60,420 bases of DNA from an uncultured Arenicella sp. (GTDB lineage: Bacteria; Pseudomonadota; Gammaproteobacteria; Arenicellales; Arenicellaceae), in contig CALKRK010000167.1 of assembly GCA_937989675.1 (NCBI GenBank), forward strand, positions 1 to 60,420, read 5' to 3'. This document shows, one piece after another, positions 18,983 through 29,856 of the stretch. The notes under the pieces were generated by a model. It was not told where the DNA came from, ran no database searches, and saw only the letters and a program-made list of their open reading frames with translations. Both the position numbers and the translations under genes were made by a program. Position 1 is the first letter of the stretch; each line of letters opens with the position of its first letter.

Positions 18983-20569
18983 ATGAAGAGCGAGTTCGAA
19001 CAGGCCTTAGCCGCAATTTCAGCTTGTATTGGGGAAGAAAACATCTTCACCAGCGATCGTGACCGCACCTATTACTCGCAAGACTATTATCGTAAGGGCT
19101 TAGATGCCTTGGCAGCCGTCAAACCTCAAACATTAGAGCAGCTAAGCCAAACGGTAAAGTTAGCCACTGACGCTGGCTTAGCCGTGTTCCCGCGAGGTGG
19201 AGGTTACTCTTACTCAGACGGTTACTTACCCACAACCCAGAGTGGCATCGTCATTGATACCTTAGCGCTAAACCGCATCGTGGAAATTAATCAAGACGAC
19301 ATGTATGTAACTGTGGAAACAGGTTGCACTTGGGCTGCTCTGGAAGAGGCCTTGTCTGAGACTGATGTACGCCCAGGTTTCTGGGGAACCATGTCAGGCC
19401 TAAATTCAACTATCGGCGGCACCATCTCGCAAGGAGGCGCAAGCTTCGGATCCGCCAAGTTTGGTACCTCATCAGAAAGCGTACTAGCGGTCGACATTGT
19501 CACTGCGGACGGCTCAGTGGTAAGCACAGGCTCGGCGGGGCAAACCGACAAATCGCCCTTCTTTCGTTACTACGGCCCGGATATGACAGGTTTATTCTGC
19601 GCCGACGCCGGCGCCCTTGGCATCAAAGCCACCGTCACGCTTAGACTAGAACGCCGGCAAAAACACGTGTTTGGTTTGTCTTTTGGCTATGAAACATTTG
19701 AAAGCATGGTCAGCGGCATTGCCGCAGTTGCGCGTGAAAGTCGCGCTACTGAACATTTGAGTTTTTCCGCCAAAACCATGGCGAATTTCGGTGAGCTAAG
19801 CCTTCAAGAAACGATCAAAACCGTATTCGCAGTCGCCAAAGCTTCCTCAAGCTGGCCAAGCGCGATCAATCAAATAGCCAAAATGGGGTTTGCGGGTAAA
19901 CGCTTTCTAGATAAAGCGAACTATATGTCGCATTGCGTCGTTGAAGGTGCGAATAAAAAAGAACTGGCGGGGCAAATTGACTTAATCCGCAAGGTGGTCA
20001 AGCCCTACGGTTTTGATCTACCCAATACGGTTCCGACAGTCATTCGGGCGATGCCGTTTCCTGCGCTCGACGTACTGACACCAGAAGGCAAACGTGGGTT
20101 GCCAATTCAAACGGTATTACCACTATCGCGCGTTTGTAATTTTCATCAAAGTCTAAACGCCTACTACGCTAAGAACGAAGCATGGATGCAGGAGCTCGGC
20201 ATCACTCAGCAGCCAGTATTAGGCACCATGGGCACCACCGGCTTTCTATACGAGCCGGTATTGTATTGGGATGACCGCGCTGAAGAATTCCATTCGCGCC
20301 ACACCAACCCAGACATCTTAGCCAAGGTAGCCGATGCACCAAACAACATTGAGGCACAAGCCGCCATCGAAAAGATGCGCTTAGACATTATCGACATCAT
20401 GCACGAGCATGGTGGGGTCCACCTGCAAATCGGTAAAGCGTACCCATATTTGCGCGACCGAAGCGAGGGCTCCCTAGCGCTAATCAGTGCAATCAAAAAA
20501 CAGCTAGACCCCAAAGGCCTGATGAACCCAGGCGCACTTGGGCTGGCAAACCCTCAGCAAGTTAGCTGA
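18983..20569 (+). CDS. FAD-binding oxidoreductase, VAO/GlcD (FAD_binding_4) family
   Basis: P.T.EQL, PRGGG.S, TIGG, GALGI, and C-terminal IKKQLDPKGLMNPG. Confidence 0.88.
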   Translation: MKSEFEQALAAISACIGEENIFTSDRDRTYYSQDYYRKGLDALAAVKPQTLEQLSQTVKLATDAGLAVFPRGGGYSYSDGYLPTTQSGIVIDTLALNRIVEINQDDMYVTVETGCTWAALEEALSETDVRPGFWGTMSGLNSTIGGTISQGGASFGSAKFGTSSESVLAVDIVTADGSVVSTGSAGQTDKSPFFRYYGPDMTGLFCADAGALGIKATVTLRLERRQKHVFGLSFGYETFESMVSGIAAVARESRATEHLSFSAKTMANFGELSLQETIKTVFAVAKASSSWPSAINQIAKMGFAGKRFLDKANYMSHCVVEGANKKELAGQIDLIRKVVKPYGFDLPNTVPTVIRAMPFPALDVLTPEGKRGLPIQTVLPLSRVCNFHQSLNAYYAKNEAWMQELGITQQPVLGTMGTTGFLYEPVLYWDDRAEEFHSRHTNPDILAKVADAPNNIEAQAAIEKMRLDIIDIMHEHGGVHLQIGKAYPYLRDRSEGSLALISAIKKQLDPKGLMNPGALGLANPQQVS

Positions 20570-20601
20570 CAAATTAAGCAGATATTCTCAGAGACTCGAA
20601 A

Positions 20602-21795
20602 GTGGAAAGAACTCAGGTAATTGTAGCGGGCGCGGGCCCAGTAGGAACCATGGCCGCGTATCGTTTAGCGACTTTAGGTTTTGACGTTATCTTGTGCGAA
20701 GCTGGGCCAAATTGTGCCCAAGATTTGCGCGCCTCGACCTTTCACCCGCCAACACTCGAGATGTTGAATGAACTCGGGATGGCCGAGACCATTATCGAAA
20801 AAGGCTTAAAAGCGCCTATCTATCATTTTAGAGAACGTGAGTCGGGCGAGGTTGTCGAATTTGATTTATCCGAGTTAGAGGCCGAAACCCAATTCCCATT
20901 TCGTGTGCAATGCGAGCAGCATGTAATGGCAGGCTTATTAGCCGAAAAACTTGAGTCTCACCCAAAAGCCGATGTCCGTTTTAATCATCGAGTTATTTCT
21001 TTTGAGCAGAGCGACAGCGGCGTAGAAGTTGCCTTTGAGACACCTTACGCGATTGAAAAAATCAGAGCCGACTACTTAATCGCAGCCGATGGCGGTAACT
21101 CGATTATTCGTAAATGGCTTGGTGCAGAGTTCGAAGGTTTCACTTACCCGGAGCGCTTTTTAACATTATCAACCACGGTTGATCTATCTGACCACATAGA
21201 TAATTTATCCTACGTCAATTACGTGTCCGACCCTGAGGAATGGTTGGTTTTACTTAAAGTGCCAAGCGTGTGGCGTATCCTAATACCGGCAAGTGAAGAT
21301 CAAAGCGATGAATGGCTATTGTCAGATGAAAAGAAAGACGAGGTATTCGAAAACCTAATAGGGCGCAGTGGCGTTAAGACAGAGCATCGAACGATTTATC
21401 GCGTACATCAAAGAGTGGCTAAACGATTCACTTTTGGGCGAATTAATCTTGTCGGCGATGCGGCACACCTGAACAATCCGTTGGGAGGTTTTGGAATGAA
21501 CAGCGGCATTCATGACGCTTGGAATCTATGCGACAAGTTAGCGCAAAATTTGAATACCGGCCATGACCAAAACTTGCTGGACTTGTTCGACCGTCAGCGT
21601 AGAGCCGTCACCCACAGCTTTATCCAAGCACAAACGATACAAAACAAACGCTTGCTCGAACATAGCCCGGATGAAAATCATCAACAGCGGCTACAAGAGA
21701 TGCGCGATGTGAACAAAGATAAAAACAAGCGGCTCGCGTTTTTGCGGCGTCAAGCCATGTTCTCAAGTCTAGAAGAAGCCGCGGCGATTGACTAG
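20602..21795 (+). CDS. FAD-dependent monooxygenase (MhpA/PheA-like, group A)
   Basis: GAGPVG, ADGGNSIIR (DG motif), GDAAHLNNPLGGFGMNSGIHDA. Confidence 0.9.
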   Translation: MERTQVIVAGAGPVGTMAAYRLATLGFDVILCEAGPNCAQDLRASTFHPPTLEMLNELGMAETIIEKGLKAPIYHFRERESGEVVEFDLSELEAETQFPFRVQCEQHVMAGLLAEKLESHPKADVRFNHRVISFEQSDSGVEVAFETPYAIEKIRADYLIAADGGNSIIRKWLGAEFEGFTYPERFLTLSTTVDLSDHIDNLSYVNYVSDPEEWLVLLKVPSVWRILIPASEDQSDEWLLSDEKKDEVFENLIGRSGVKTEHRTIYRVHQRVAKRFTFGRINLVGDAAHLNNPLGGFGMNSGIHDAWNLCDKLAQNLNTGHDQNLLDLFDRQRRAVTHSFIQAQTIQNKRLLEHSPDENHQQRLQEMRDVNKDKNKRLAFLRRQAMFSSLEEAAAID

Positions 21796-21899
21796 CTTAT
21801 GAATATACAAAGCCACACCCCTGAGGCTTTAGGCTATCGCGCTAAAAAGTTTAATGATCAATTAGCAAGCGTTGTTAACTTGCTTGAGGCACACTAAAT

Positions 21900-22823
21900 A
21901 TGGAATTCGATTACGTCCCCATTTCACAACGCCAGCCGCTACGCTTTCCTGATGAGAAGCGGGTGGCACTTATCTTTACTTTTAACCTCGAGACTTGGGA
22001 CTTGGTTAAGGATACCGACAAACCCTACTATGCAGGCGGCCCAGCACTACTTCCGGCCACTCTGCCAGGTAACGTACCTGACTATCCAAACCATACGTGG
22101 CGAGAATACGGTCAACGCGTCGGTATCTGGCGCTTGTTTGAACTATTCGATGAACTAGGCATGCAAGCTAGTTGCACTACCAACGCGGTAACCTTCGAAC
22201 GGCGCAAGGCTATGGTTGATGCCTGTTTAGATCGCGGCTGGGAGCTGCTGGCACATAACTACGAGCAAGGTGAACTACTCACCGACTACGCGCACGATAA
22301 ACAGAAGGAACAAAGCGTTATTGATGCGTCAATCGAAATATATGAACAGCATGTAGGCAAAAAACCTAAGGGGTGGTTATCATCGTCTTTGCGCGGCACA
22401 CTGAACACGGCAGGTATTTTGGCTAAGCACGGATTTACGTTTTACTGCGACATAATGAATGATGATCAACCATTTATGATTCGTACGGAAAACGGCCCAA
22501 TTGTATCGATTCCGTATTCGAACGAAATTAACGATTTCACCATTCTTACCCGCCGTGGACACACCACTAACGAGTATCGCGATATCTTAATTGACGAGCT
22601 GGACCAACTCTATCTCGAAGGCGAGAAGAGCAGCCGAATTATGAATGTTGGGCTGCATCCGCATGTGAGCGGTCGTGCCTATCGAGTGAAAGCAATTCGT
22701 GAGTTCATAAAACATGCTGAGTCACTACCGGGAGTATGGTTTCCTAAACGTGAAGAACTAGCTGACTGGTATAAAGACAATCATGAAGCTCATTTTCCAA
22801 ATCAACTTGGCAATTCAAATTAG
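21900..22823 (+). CDS. Polysaccharide deacetylase-fold amidohydrolase, PuuE (allantoinase)/cyclic-imide hydrolase-like
   Basis: NLETW, WREYGQRVGIWR, AHNY, PKGWLS, DDQP, IPYSNEIND, GLHPHVSG. Confidence 0.8.
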   Translation: MEFDYVPISQRQPLRFPDEKRVALIFTFNLETWDLVKDTDKPYYAGGPALLPATLPGNVPDYPNHTWREYGQRVGIWRLFELFDELGMQASCTTNAVTFERRKAMVDACLDRGWELLAHNYEQGELLTDYAHDKQKEQSVIDASIEIYEQHVGKKPKGWLSSSLRGTLNTAGILAKHGFTFYCDIMNDDQPFMIRTENGPIVSIPYSNEINDFTILTRRGHTTNEYRDILIDELDQLYLEGEKSSRIMNVGLHPHVSGRAYRVKAIREFIKHAESLPGVWFPKREELADWYKDNHEAHFPNQLGNSN

Positions 22824-22825
22824 CC

Positions 22826-24247
22826 ATGAACGTCGAATTAGCAGAAGCAAAGCACGAGTTTGAAATTAGCTATCCGGTGATCGTAGTTGGTGGCGGCGCC
22901 TGCGGCATGTGCGCCGCGTTAGCCGCACGCGATGCTGGGCAAGACGTATTAATACTCGAACAAGATAAGTCGCCAATGGGCACAACCGCCATGTCTACGG
23001 GCTTGATCCCCGCGGCTGGCACGCTTGAGCAAAGTGAGCTGGGGATAGACGATTCGCCAGAGATTTTCGCACAAGACGTACAACGCAAAGCCGATAACGG
23101 CGCCGACTCAGCGGTGGTTAAGCGGCTCGCCAAAGAGTCCGCTGAGACGATTACTTGGCTACAGAATAAACATAATATTCCCTTAAGTCTGGTTACCGGT
23201 TTTACTTACCCAGGCCACAGTGCACAACGCATGTATGGTAGTCCAAATCGCCATGGCGGTGAGCTTATGGCCAATTTAGAGCGCGCCGCCAATGATATTG
23301 GCGTGGACATTCTGACTGAAGCCTTGGTAGACGATTTAGTCGTCGACGCCGAGCAAAATGTACTGGGCGTTAGAGTGCGACGCCCCGATGGTAGCAAAGA
23401 AGAAATAGGTTGCTCGGCGCTTATATTGGCCTGCTGCGGTTTCGCCGGAAATAGCGACATGGTCGCTAAATATACTCCCGACATGACTAATGCAACCTTC
23501 CACGGCCATCCCGGTAATAAAGGTCATGCCGTACGCTGGGGGGAAGCACTCGGCGCTGAGCTAGCCGATATGAGCGCTTACCAAGGCCATGGTGGGTTGG
23601 CGCACGGTTACGGCATACCGATTTTATGGCCGCTAATTATGGAAGGCGGCTTTCAAGTTAATCGCAATGGCGAACGTTTTTCAGATGAAAGCAAAGGCTA
23701 TTCTGAGCAAGCAGTTAAGGTGATCGCACAGCCTGAAAATGTAGCCTGGAGCATTTTTGACCAACGGCTTTATGATCTAATGTTGGCCTTCGAAGACTTC
23801 AAAGACGCAATCAACGCCGGGGCAATTATCAGTGCCGACGGAGTTGAAAGCTTAGCCACAAAGCTCAAACTGCCCAGCGATAAATTGCAAGCCACCATTG
23901 ATGACGTTAGCGCCTGTGCTAATGCAAACAAAAGCGATGCTTACGGCCGCGATTTCACCAAGACTCCAGAGCTCGACACAGGTCGTTTGTACGCGGCCAA
24001 AGTCACGGGCGCATTGTTTCATACGCAAGGCGGCTTAGCGGTAAATGAAGATGCGCGAGTGTTACGCACTAATGGTGAAGCTTTCCCAAATCTATTTGCA
24101 GGTGGTGGCGCTGCTCGAGGAATTTCTGGCGCTGGGGCATCCGGTTATATAGCCGGCAATGGTTTGCTCACCGCAACAGGCTTAGGAAAAATCGCTGGTC
24201 GTGAAGCGGCTAAACAGCTTGAATTAAAACCTGCACCATTAGATTAG
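22826..24247 (+). CDS. FAD-binding dehydrogenase, fumarate-reductase flavoprotein / TcuA-like (FAD_binding_2)
   Basis: VGGGACG, GTTAMSTG, VNRNGERFSDE, FHTQGGL, NLFAGG, GNGL. Confidence 0.82.
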   Translation: MNVELAEAKHEFEISYPVIVVGGGACGMCAALAARDAGQDVLILEQDKSPMGTTAMSTGLIPAAGTLEQSELGIDDSPEIFAQDVQRKADNGADSAVVKRLAKESAETITWLQNKHNIPLSLVTGFTYPGHSAQRMYGSPNRHGGELMANLERAANDIGVDILTEALVDDLVVDAEQNVLGVRVRRPDGSKEEIGCSALILACCGFAGNSDMVAKYTPDMTNATFHGHPGNKGHAVRWGEALGAELADMSAYQGHGGLAHGYGIPILWPLIMEGGFQVNRNGERFSDESKGYSEQAVKVIAQPENVAWSIFDQRLYDLMLAFEDFKDAINAGAIISADGVESLATKLKLPSDKLQATIDDVSACANANKSDAYGRDFTKTPELDTGRLYAAKVTGALFHTQGGLAVNEDARVLRTNGEAFPNLFAGGGAARGISGAGASGYIAGNGLLTATGLGKIAGREAAKQLELKPAPLD

Positions 24248-24290
24248 AAGCAACACCAACATCGTACAATTTAGACTCAAGCGGTAGCCC

Positions 24291-25505
24291 CTACTTTATT
24301 TCAGAGTAATCTGGGTATCGGCCTAAACTCAGCAACATTAACGCACCAACGATAAACAGGCCAGCGGCACATAACATGATGATCGAGTAGCTTCCTTGTA
24401 CATCATAGAAGTAACCAAAAGTTGGCGGGGCGATGCCTGAGGCCAGAAAGAAAGAGCAGTACACCATGCTGTAGATCTTTCCGTAGTGAGCTAAACCAAA
24501 ATAACGGCTCACAAGGTAGGCGATCAAATCAAACTCTGCGCCCGCAGCAACCCCAACTAAGACCACGGCTAACACCACTTGTGAATTAGATATTTCAGCT
24601 TGGCTTAAAATCACCGCGGCTAACGCTGGCAATATCAACATAAAGGCGGCCACAGCTGGGGCCCAAATTCGGTCAAGTAACACACCGGCAATTAGACGCC
24701 CAAATATTACCGACAAACCAAGCAAGCCTAGAATGCTAGCGGCACGCGCCGAGCTTAAGCCGTTACCAGTAAGCAAAGGAAAGAGATTTGGTATGGTTCC
24801 ACCAATGGCCATTGAGACCAAGAAAAAGGCCACCATCAACACCCAGAAACGATACGCTTTAGCGGCGCTTGCAAGGTCAATACCATTGGTCGTTAGCGGC
24901 GAAGAGGTTTGGTCTTGACGTTCATCAATCGGAGGTTCAGCAAGAAAAAAATACACCAATATAAATGCCACCAACGAAATTATCGCTAGGCCTAAGTACG
25001 CTACTCGCCAATCGAAACCCGCTAATATTATGCTGACATATTTAGGTGCAAGAAAGCCTGCTACACCCGTTCCGGCAAGCGCCAAGCCCAACGCGATACC
25101 GCGTTGCTTATTAAACCAGCCACCAATGACTTTAGTCCACGTTATTGGGCTAGTGCCCGCGCCCAGTATTCCCAAACAAGCTGCGCCAAAGTAGAAGCTA
25201 TAGAGCGACTGAGTTAATGCGCCTAAACAAACATAGCCTACGGCGGTGCCAAGTAAGGCAAGCAACGCTACTTTACGGCTACCATAACGGTCAGTCATCC
25301 AGCCAATTAGGGGCAACACAAGCAGCGCCGCGAGCGCGAACACCGAAAACATGCCTTGTACTTGAGTGCGGCTCCAACCAAACTGTTGTTCTAATGGAGC
25401 AACAAATAAGCCTAGCGTATAGAACGGAATGCCCGTAGTGCCTGCACCAACCCCCACGCCGCAAGCGACAACCGTTTTCCACGAGCGAGCGAGTTCCGAT
25501 TGCAT
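24291..25505 (-). CDS. MFS transporter
   Basis: About 12 hydrophobic helices; GWMTDRYGSRK motif A; WFNKQRGIALG. Confidence 0.9.
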   Translation of the reverse strand: MQSELARSWKTVVACGVGVGAGTTGIPFYTLGLFVAPLEQQFGWSRTQVQGMFSVFALAALLVLPLIGWMTDRYGSRKVALLALLGTAVGYVCLGALTQSLYSFYFGAACLGILGAGTSPITWTKVIGGWFNKQRGIALGLALAGTGVAGFLAPKYVSIILAGFDWRVAYLGLAIISLVAFILVYFFLAEPPIDERQDQTSSPLTTNGIDLASAAKAYRFWVLMVAFFLVSMAIGGTIPNLFPLLTGNGLSSARAASILGLLGLSVIFGRLIAGVLLDRIWAPAVAAFMLILPALAAVILSQAEISNSQVVLAVVLVGVAAGAEFDLIAYLVSRYFGLAHYGKIYSMVYCSFFLASGIAPPTFGYFYDVQGSYSIIMLCAAGLFIVGALMLLSLGRYPDYSEIK

Positions 25506-25508
25506 GCT

Positions 25509-27389
25509 TTATCGAGTCGCCAGCAATTTGGTAATCTCAGAAAGAGTATTGGGGTCGTCGATGGTTGCGGGCATTTTATACTCCTCACCATCGGCGATTT
25601 TGCGTAGGGTTGCTCGCAGTATTTTGCCCGAACGCGTTTTGGGTAAACGCTTGACCACTATTGCCTGCTTAAACGCGACCACTGCCCCAATTTTTTCTCG
25701 CACTAGCGCTACGCACTCGTCGATGATTTGCGCGTCTTCTTTTGTCACACCGGAGTTTAAACATAGAAAGCCCATTGGCAACTGGCCTTTAAGATCGTCT
25801 TTAATACCCGTGACCGCGCACTCGGCCACATCTGGGTGGGTAGTGAGAACCTCTTCTATGGCTCCCGTGGAGAGACGATGCCCGGCAACATTAATAATGT
25901 CATCGGTACGCGTCATCACATAGATATAACCTTCATCATCGATATACCCTGCGTCACCGGTTTGGTAATAGCCTGGAAAGGCTTCTAAATAAGCTTGCTG
26001 AAAACGTGCTTCGGCATTCCATAAATTAACCAGTGAGGCGGGCGGCAATGGTAATTTGCATGCAATTGAACCAATGGTGCCAGCTTCAACCGGTTTGCCA
26101 TCGTCATCCAATATTTCAACTTTCCAACCTGGCATGGCCTTGCCAGCCGAACCAGCTTTGATATCGAATAATTCACCACCTAATGGATTAGCCGCAATCG
26201 ACCACCCGGTTTCAGTTTGCCACCAATGGTCAATCACCGGCACCGCAAGTTTATCAAGCGACCAATTTAAAGTGTCCGGATCACAGCGCTCGCCGGCAAG
26301 AAATAGCGCTTTGAGCTTTGATAAGTCGTAGTTTGCTATTAACTCACCGCGTGGATCTTCGCGTTTAATTGCGCGAATCGCGGTAGGCGCTGTGAACAAA
26401 CAACTTACCTTATAGTCTTCCAATACACGCCAAAACGCGCCCGCATCCGGCGTACCTACCGGCTTGCCTTCATACATTACTGTAGTCGCACCTTTAAGCA
26501 ATGGTGCGTAAACTATATAGGAATGCCCAACCACCCAGCCAATATCTGACGCCGCCCAGAACACATCATCTTGATCAATGTCATAAATGTGCGACATGCT
26601 CCAGTGCATCGCAACCGCGTGCCCTCCGTTATCGCGAACGATGCCTTTAGGCTGGCCGGTGGTACCCGAGGTATACAAGATGTACAGCGGGTCAGTGGCG
26701 GCCACCGGCACACACTCATGCGCAGCCGCGCCCAGAATATAGTCCTCCCAGCTATACTCTTTGCAATTGTAGTCTTTGCAGGCATAACCTGAAGAATGTA
26801 TCTGAGCCTCAGCTTCTGGGCGTTGCAACACCACACAATGATCTGGTGTATGTTGCGAAAAACCAATTGCCGCTTCCAATAACGGCTTGTATTCAATTAC
26901 CCCAGCAGGCTCAATTCCACAACTGGCGGTGATGATTAACTTAGGCTGCGCGTCGTCGATTCTAGTCGCCAACTCGCGTGCGGCGAAACCACCAAACACA
27001 ACGGAATGAATCGCTCCTAGGCGGGCGCAAGCTAGCATGGCTACAAGCGCTTCAGGCACCATCGGCATGTAAATAATGACGCGGTCGCCTTTCATCACAC
27101 CTTGCTTGGCCATCGCACCGGCGAATTGGGCGGTTTGTTGTAACAGATCGGCATAGCTAATAGAACTCTTGATGCCGTTCATCGCGCTGTCGAAAATGAT
27201 GGCTACTTGGTCTCCCCGGCCTGCCGCAACATGACGGTCGATTGCGTTGTGACAGGTGTTCAATTCGCCACCGACAAACCAGCGTGGTACCGGCTTACAA
27301 TCTACATCAAGTACATTGTCCCAAGGGCGTGACCACTCCAACGATTGCGCTTGTTTTTCCCAAAAGCCGATATTCTGATCTTGATTCAT
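25509..27389 (-). CDS. prpE: Propionyl-CoA synthetase (AMP-forming)
   Basis: ILYTSGTTGQPKGIVRDNGGHAVA, ASDIGWVVGHSYIVYAPL, DHWWQTETG, RLPKTRSGKILR. Confidence 0.85.
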   Translation of the reverse strand: MNQDQNIGFWEKQAQSLEWSRPWDNVLDVDCKPVPRWFVGGELNTCHNAIDRHVAAGRGDQVAIIFDSAMNGIKSSISYADLLQQTAQFAGAMAKQGVMKGDRVIIYMPMVPEALVAMLACARLGAIHSVVFGGFAARELATRIDDAQPKLIITASCGIEPAGVIEYKPLLEAAIGFSQHTPDHCVVLQRPEAEAQIHSSGYACKDYNCKEYSWEDYILGAAAHECVPVAATDPLYILYTSGTTGQPKGIVRDNGGHAVAMHWSMSHIYDIDQDDVFWAASDIGWVVGHSYIVYAPLLKGATTVMYEGKPVGTPDAGAFWRVLEDYKVSCLFTAPTAIRAIKREDPRGELIANYDLSKLKALFLAGERCDPDTLNWSLDKLAVPVIDHWWQTETGWSIAANPLGGELFDIKAGSAGKAMPGWKVEILDDDGKPVEAGTIGSIACKLPLPPASLVNLWNAEARFQQAYLEAFPGYYQTGDAGYIDDEGYIYVMTRTDDIINVAGHRLSTGAIEEVLTTHPDVAECAVTGIKDDLKGQLPMGFLCLNSGVTKEDAQIIDECVALVREKIGAVVAFKQAIVVKRLPKTRSGKILRATLRKIADGEEYKMPATIDDPNTLSEITKLLATR

Positions 27390-27612
27390 TTATATGGTAC
27401 CCATTTGCCACCTTTCCGGCTGGAAATCGTTTATGACTTATTTCTACCGAGCTTGCCAAACATCATTTAAGGCGATGGAGGCTAATTACGCAATTGCAAA
27501 AATAGCGCGTTGGTATAACTTTCTCGAATACCGCGATCTGTGATTTCTATTATTGCTTTCGAGCGAAGCATGTCACTCTTAGGAGTATTGCGAACCTCTG
27601 GAGAAAATCACT

Positions 27613-28119
27613 ATGTTTGAAGACAGCGTAACGCGCCCGTGGTGGGCAGTTGTTGGGCCTGATGAAGGCGAGTCTCTTTGGCAACCTGAACCATCCAATG
27701 GGTATGTCACACTCAAATTGACACCCGAAAGCATGCCCTACGATACCTTTACCAGCGGGGTACAAGTATTGCCGCCCGGTTGCCATGTTCGTGAACATGG
27801 GCACAAACGTAACCACGAACTAATTTTCATTTACGAAGGTACCGGACGTTGCGAAATCGAAGGGCAAGAATACAAATTGGAACCCGGTGTAACCGTAATG
27901 TTCGGGCGCTATGCGCGGCATATCGTAGAGAACACTGGCAATACCGACATGAGAATGTTTTGGGTATTCTTTCCACCAGCATTAGAACATTGGTTTCGAG
28001 CGATCGGCCAAGTCCGCCAACCCGGCGACCCAACCCCAGAGCCGTTTCCAAGGCCCGATAACGTGGCAGACGTTCAAGAGCAACTGCGCTTTGTGCCACC
28101 AGCTGCAAAACCCAAATAA
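27613..28119 (+). CDS. Cupin-domain protein
   Basis: HGHKRNHE...G...H metal-binding cupin motif; GGAG RBS. Confidence 0.85.
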   Translation: MFEDSVTRPWWAVVGPDEGESLWQPEPSNGYVTLKLTPESMPYDTFTSGVQVLPPGCHVREHGHKRNHELIFIYEGTGRCEIEGQEYKLEPGVTVMFGRYARHIVENTGNTDMRMFWVFFPPALEHWFRAIGQVRQPGDPTPEPFPRPDNVADVQEQLRFVPPAAKPK

Positions 28120-28138
28120 CCCACCCAAAAAATACAAA

Positions 28139-29128
28139 ATGCTGATTCTAAATAAAGAGGCCGTAATACAAAGCTTGAGCCATAGCGAGTGTATCGAGGT
28201 CTTACAAGACGCAATGCAAAGCGTGTCAAAGCGCGATGTAATTATGCCGCTACGGCAATTTATTGCGATTCCTGAAAGTGCGGGCAAATTCACCATGATG
28301 CCGGGATATATCGCGGAGCCGCGCTGTTTTGGGGTAAAGCTGGTGAGTAAATACCCACGCGAGGCGGCCAGCCCACATGGCAGCCATGTGGGTATGGTAG
28401 TTGTCTACGATGCCGATACTGGACTACCACAAGCACTATTAGATGGCGCTGAACTAACCGCTATTCGAACATCTGCAGCAAGTGCGCTTGCCACGCGCGA
28501 GCTAGCTCGCAAGGACTCGAAGGTGCTGACTATTATGGGCTGTGGTGATGAGGCCAAACATCATATTCAAGCGATCTTAGCAGTATGTAATATCGAAGAA
28601 ATTATCATTTGGGGGAGATCCTTGCATAAAGCCAAGTCTTTTATTGAGGATTGCATTAAGCAAAACTTGATAGGCACATCTGTCACTATGCGTGCTGAAG
28701 CCGATGCGCAAACGGCGGTCGCTCAAGCGGATATTGTTTGTACGGTCACAGCGGCCACACAGCCTATTCTGAAGGGCAATTGGTTAAAAGCTGGCACCCA
28801 CGTTAACTTAGTCGGGGCGGCAATACGTTCTTCAGCCGAAGCTGACCGAGAAGTTGTAACCAAATCTCGTTTTTATATCGACTATCGAGAATCAGCCATG
28901 GCCCAAGCTGGCGAACTACTTGATGCTATTGAGGCTGGTGTTATTAGTGAAGCGCATATCGTAGGCGAGATAGGAGAGTTACTAAGCGGCAGCTGCACAG
29001 GGCGCACAAGTAATGATGAAATTACTGTCTACAAATCACTGGGCGTGGCAGCGCAAGATTTGGCTGCCGGAAAACGTGCCACGAGTAATGCGCAGCGCGA
29101 TAACATCGGGGTGCTGGTTGACTGGTAA
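28139..29128 (+). CDS. Ornithine cyclodeaminase / mu-crystallin family protein (imine reductase-like)
   Basis: MPG, GVKLVS, LTAIRTSAASA, ADIVCTVT, GTHVNLVG, YKSLGVAAQD; ATG at 28139. Confidence 0.9.
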   Translation: MLILNKEAVIQSLSHSECIEVLQDAMQSVSKRDVIMPLRQFIAIPESAGKFTMMPGYIAEPRCFGVKLVSKYPREAASPHGSHVGMVVVYDADTGLPQALLDGAELTAIRTSAASALATRELARKDSKVLTIMGCGDEAKHHIQAILAVCNIEEIIIWGRSLHKAKSFIEDCIKQNLIGTSVTMRAEADAQTAVAQADIVCTVTAATQPILKGNWLKAGTHVNLVGAAIRSSAEADREVVTKSRFYIDYRESAMAQAGELLDAIEAGVISEAHIVGEIGELLSGSCTGRTSNDEITVYKSLGVAAQDLAAGKRATSNAQRDNIGVLVDW

Positions 29129-29232
29129 GCTGGTAACAAGATTAATCATAAATTGCACTAAACAACTTTGAAAAACTTAGTGCATTGTCTATAGAGCAAG
29201 CCAACTTAAGTAACTGAGTAAAAAGGCTCAAG

Positions 29233-29856
29233 TTACAAGTCAGCCAGATAATCCATTGCCTCTTGTTCACTGACCACATCGGCATATTTCGCATTCATAT
29301 CAAATAAATTGGCTTGGTGCGGATCATCATGGCGGTCACCACAGGCATCCGCCACAACGATTGGAATAAAGCCGTGCGAGCAAGCGTCTACACAAGTAGC
29401 ACGGATGCATCCGCTGGTGGTCAAGCCAGTAATAATCAAAGTATCTACACACATTGCAGCTAATGTTGACGACAAGGAGGTTCCAAAAAACGCGCTTGGG
29501 TATTGTTTAGAAATGACTAATTCGTTTGGGCTTGGCGTTAAACCCTTAGGCCATGCGCCCATCGCAGAGCCCTCGATAAAATTTACTAAAGGTTTGGCCT
29601 TCTGAAAAAATCGCCCGCCGTTAATCGCTGACTGATGATAAACGACATTAGTATAAATGACTGGAATTGCGGACGCGCGTGCTTGATTGCGAATACGAAT
29701 TGCTGCAGCAAGTTCGTTTTCCACACCAGCATACAACACGCATGTTTTGTCAAAATAAGCTTCTACAAAGTCGACCAAAATCAGCGCGGGTTTATCACCA
29801 AATCCTATACGGTTATCGTAAACGTTGGAGTAATTTTCTTGCGCATTATCGGTCAT
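29233..29856 (-). CDS. Isochorismatase-family amidohydrolase (maleamate amidohydrolase / N-carbamoylsarcosine amidase-like)
   Basis: Asp-Lys-Cys triad context: LILVDF, KQYPSAFFGT, TTSGCIRATCVDA; FDMNAKYADV. Confidence 0.88.
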   Translation of the reverse strand: MTDNAQENYSNVYDNRIGFGDKPALILVDFVEAYFDKTCVLYAGVENELAAAIRIRNQARASAIPVIYTNVVYHQSAINGGRFFQKAKPLVNFIEGSAMGAWPKGLTPSPNELVISKQYPSAFFGTSLSSTLAAMCVDTLIITGLTTSGCIRATCVDACSHGFIPIVVADACGDRHDDPHQANLFDMNAKYADVVSEQEAMDYLADL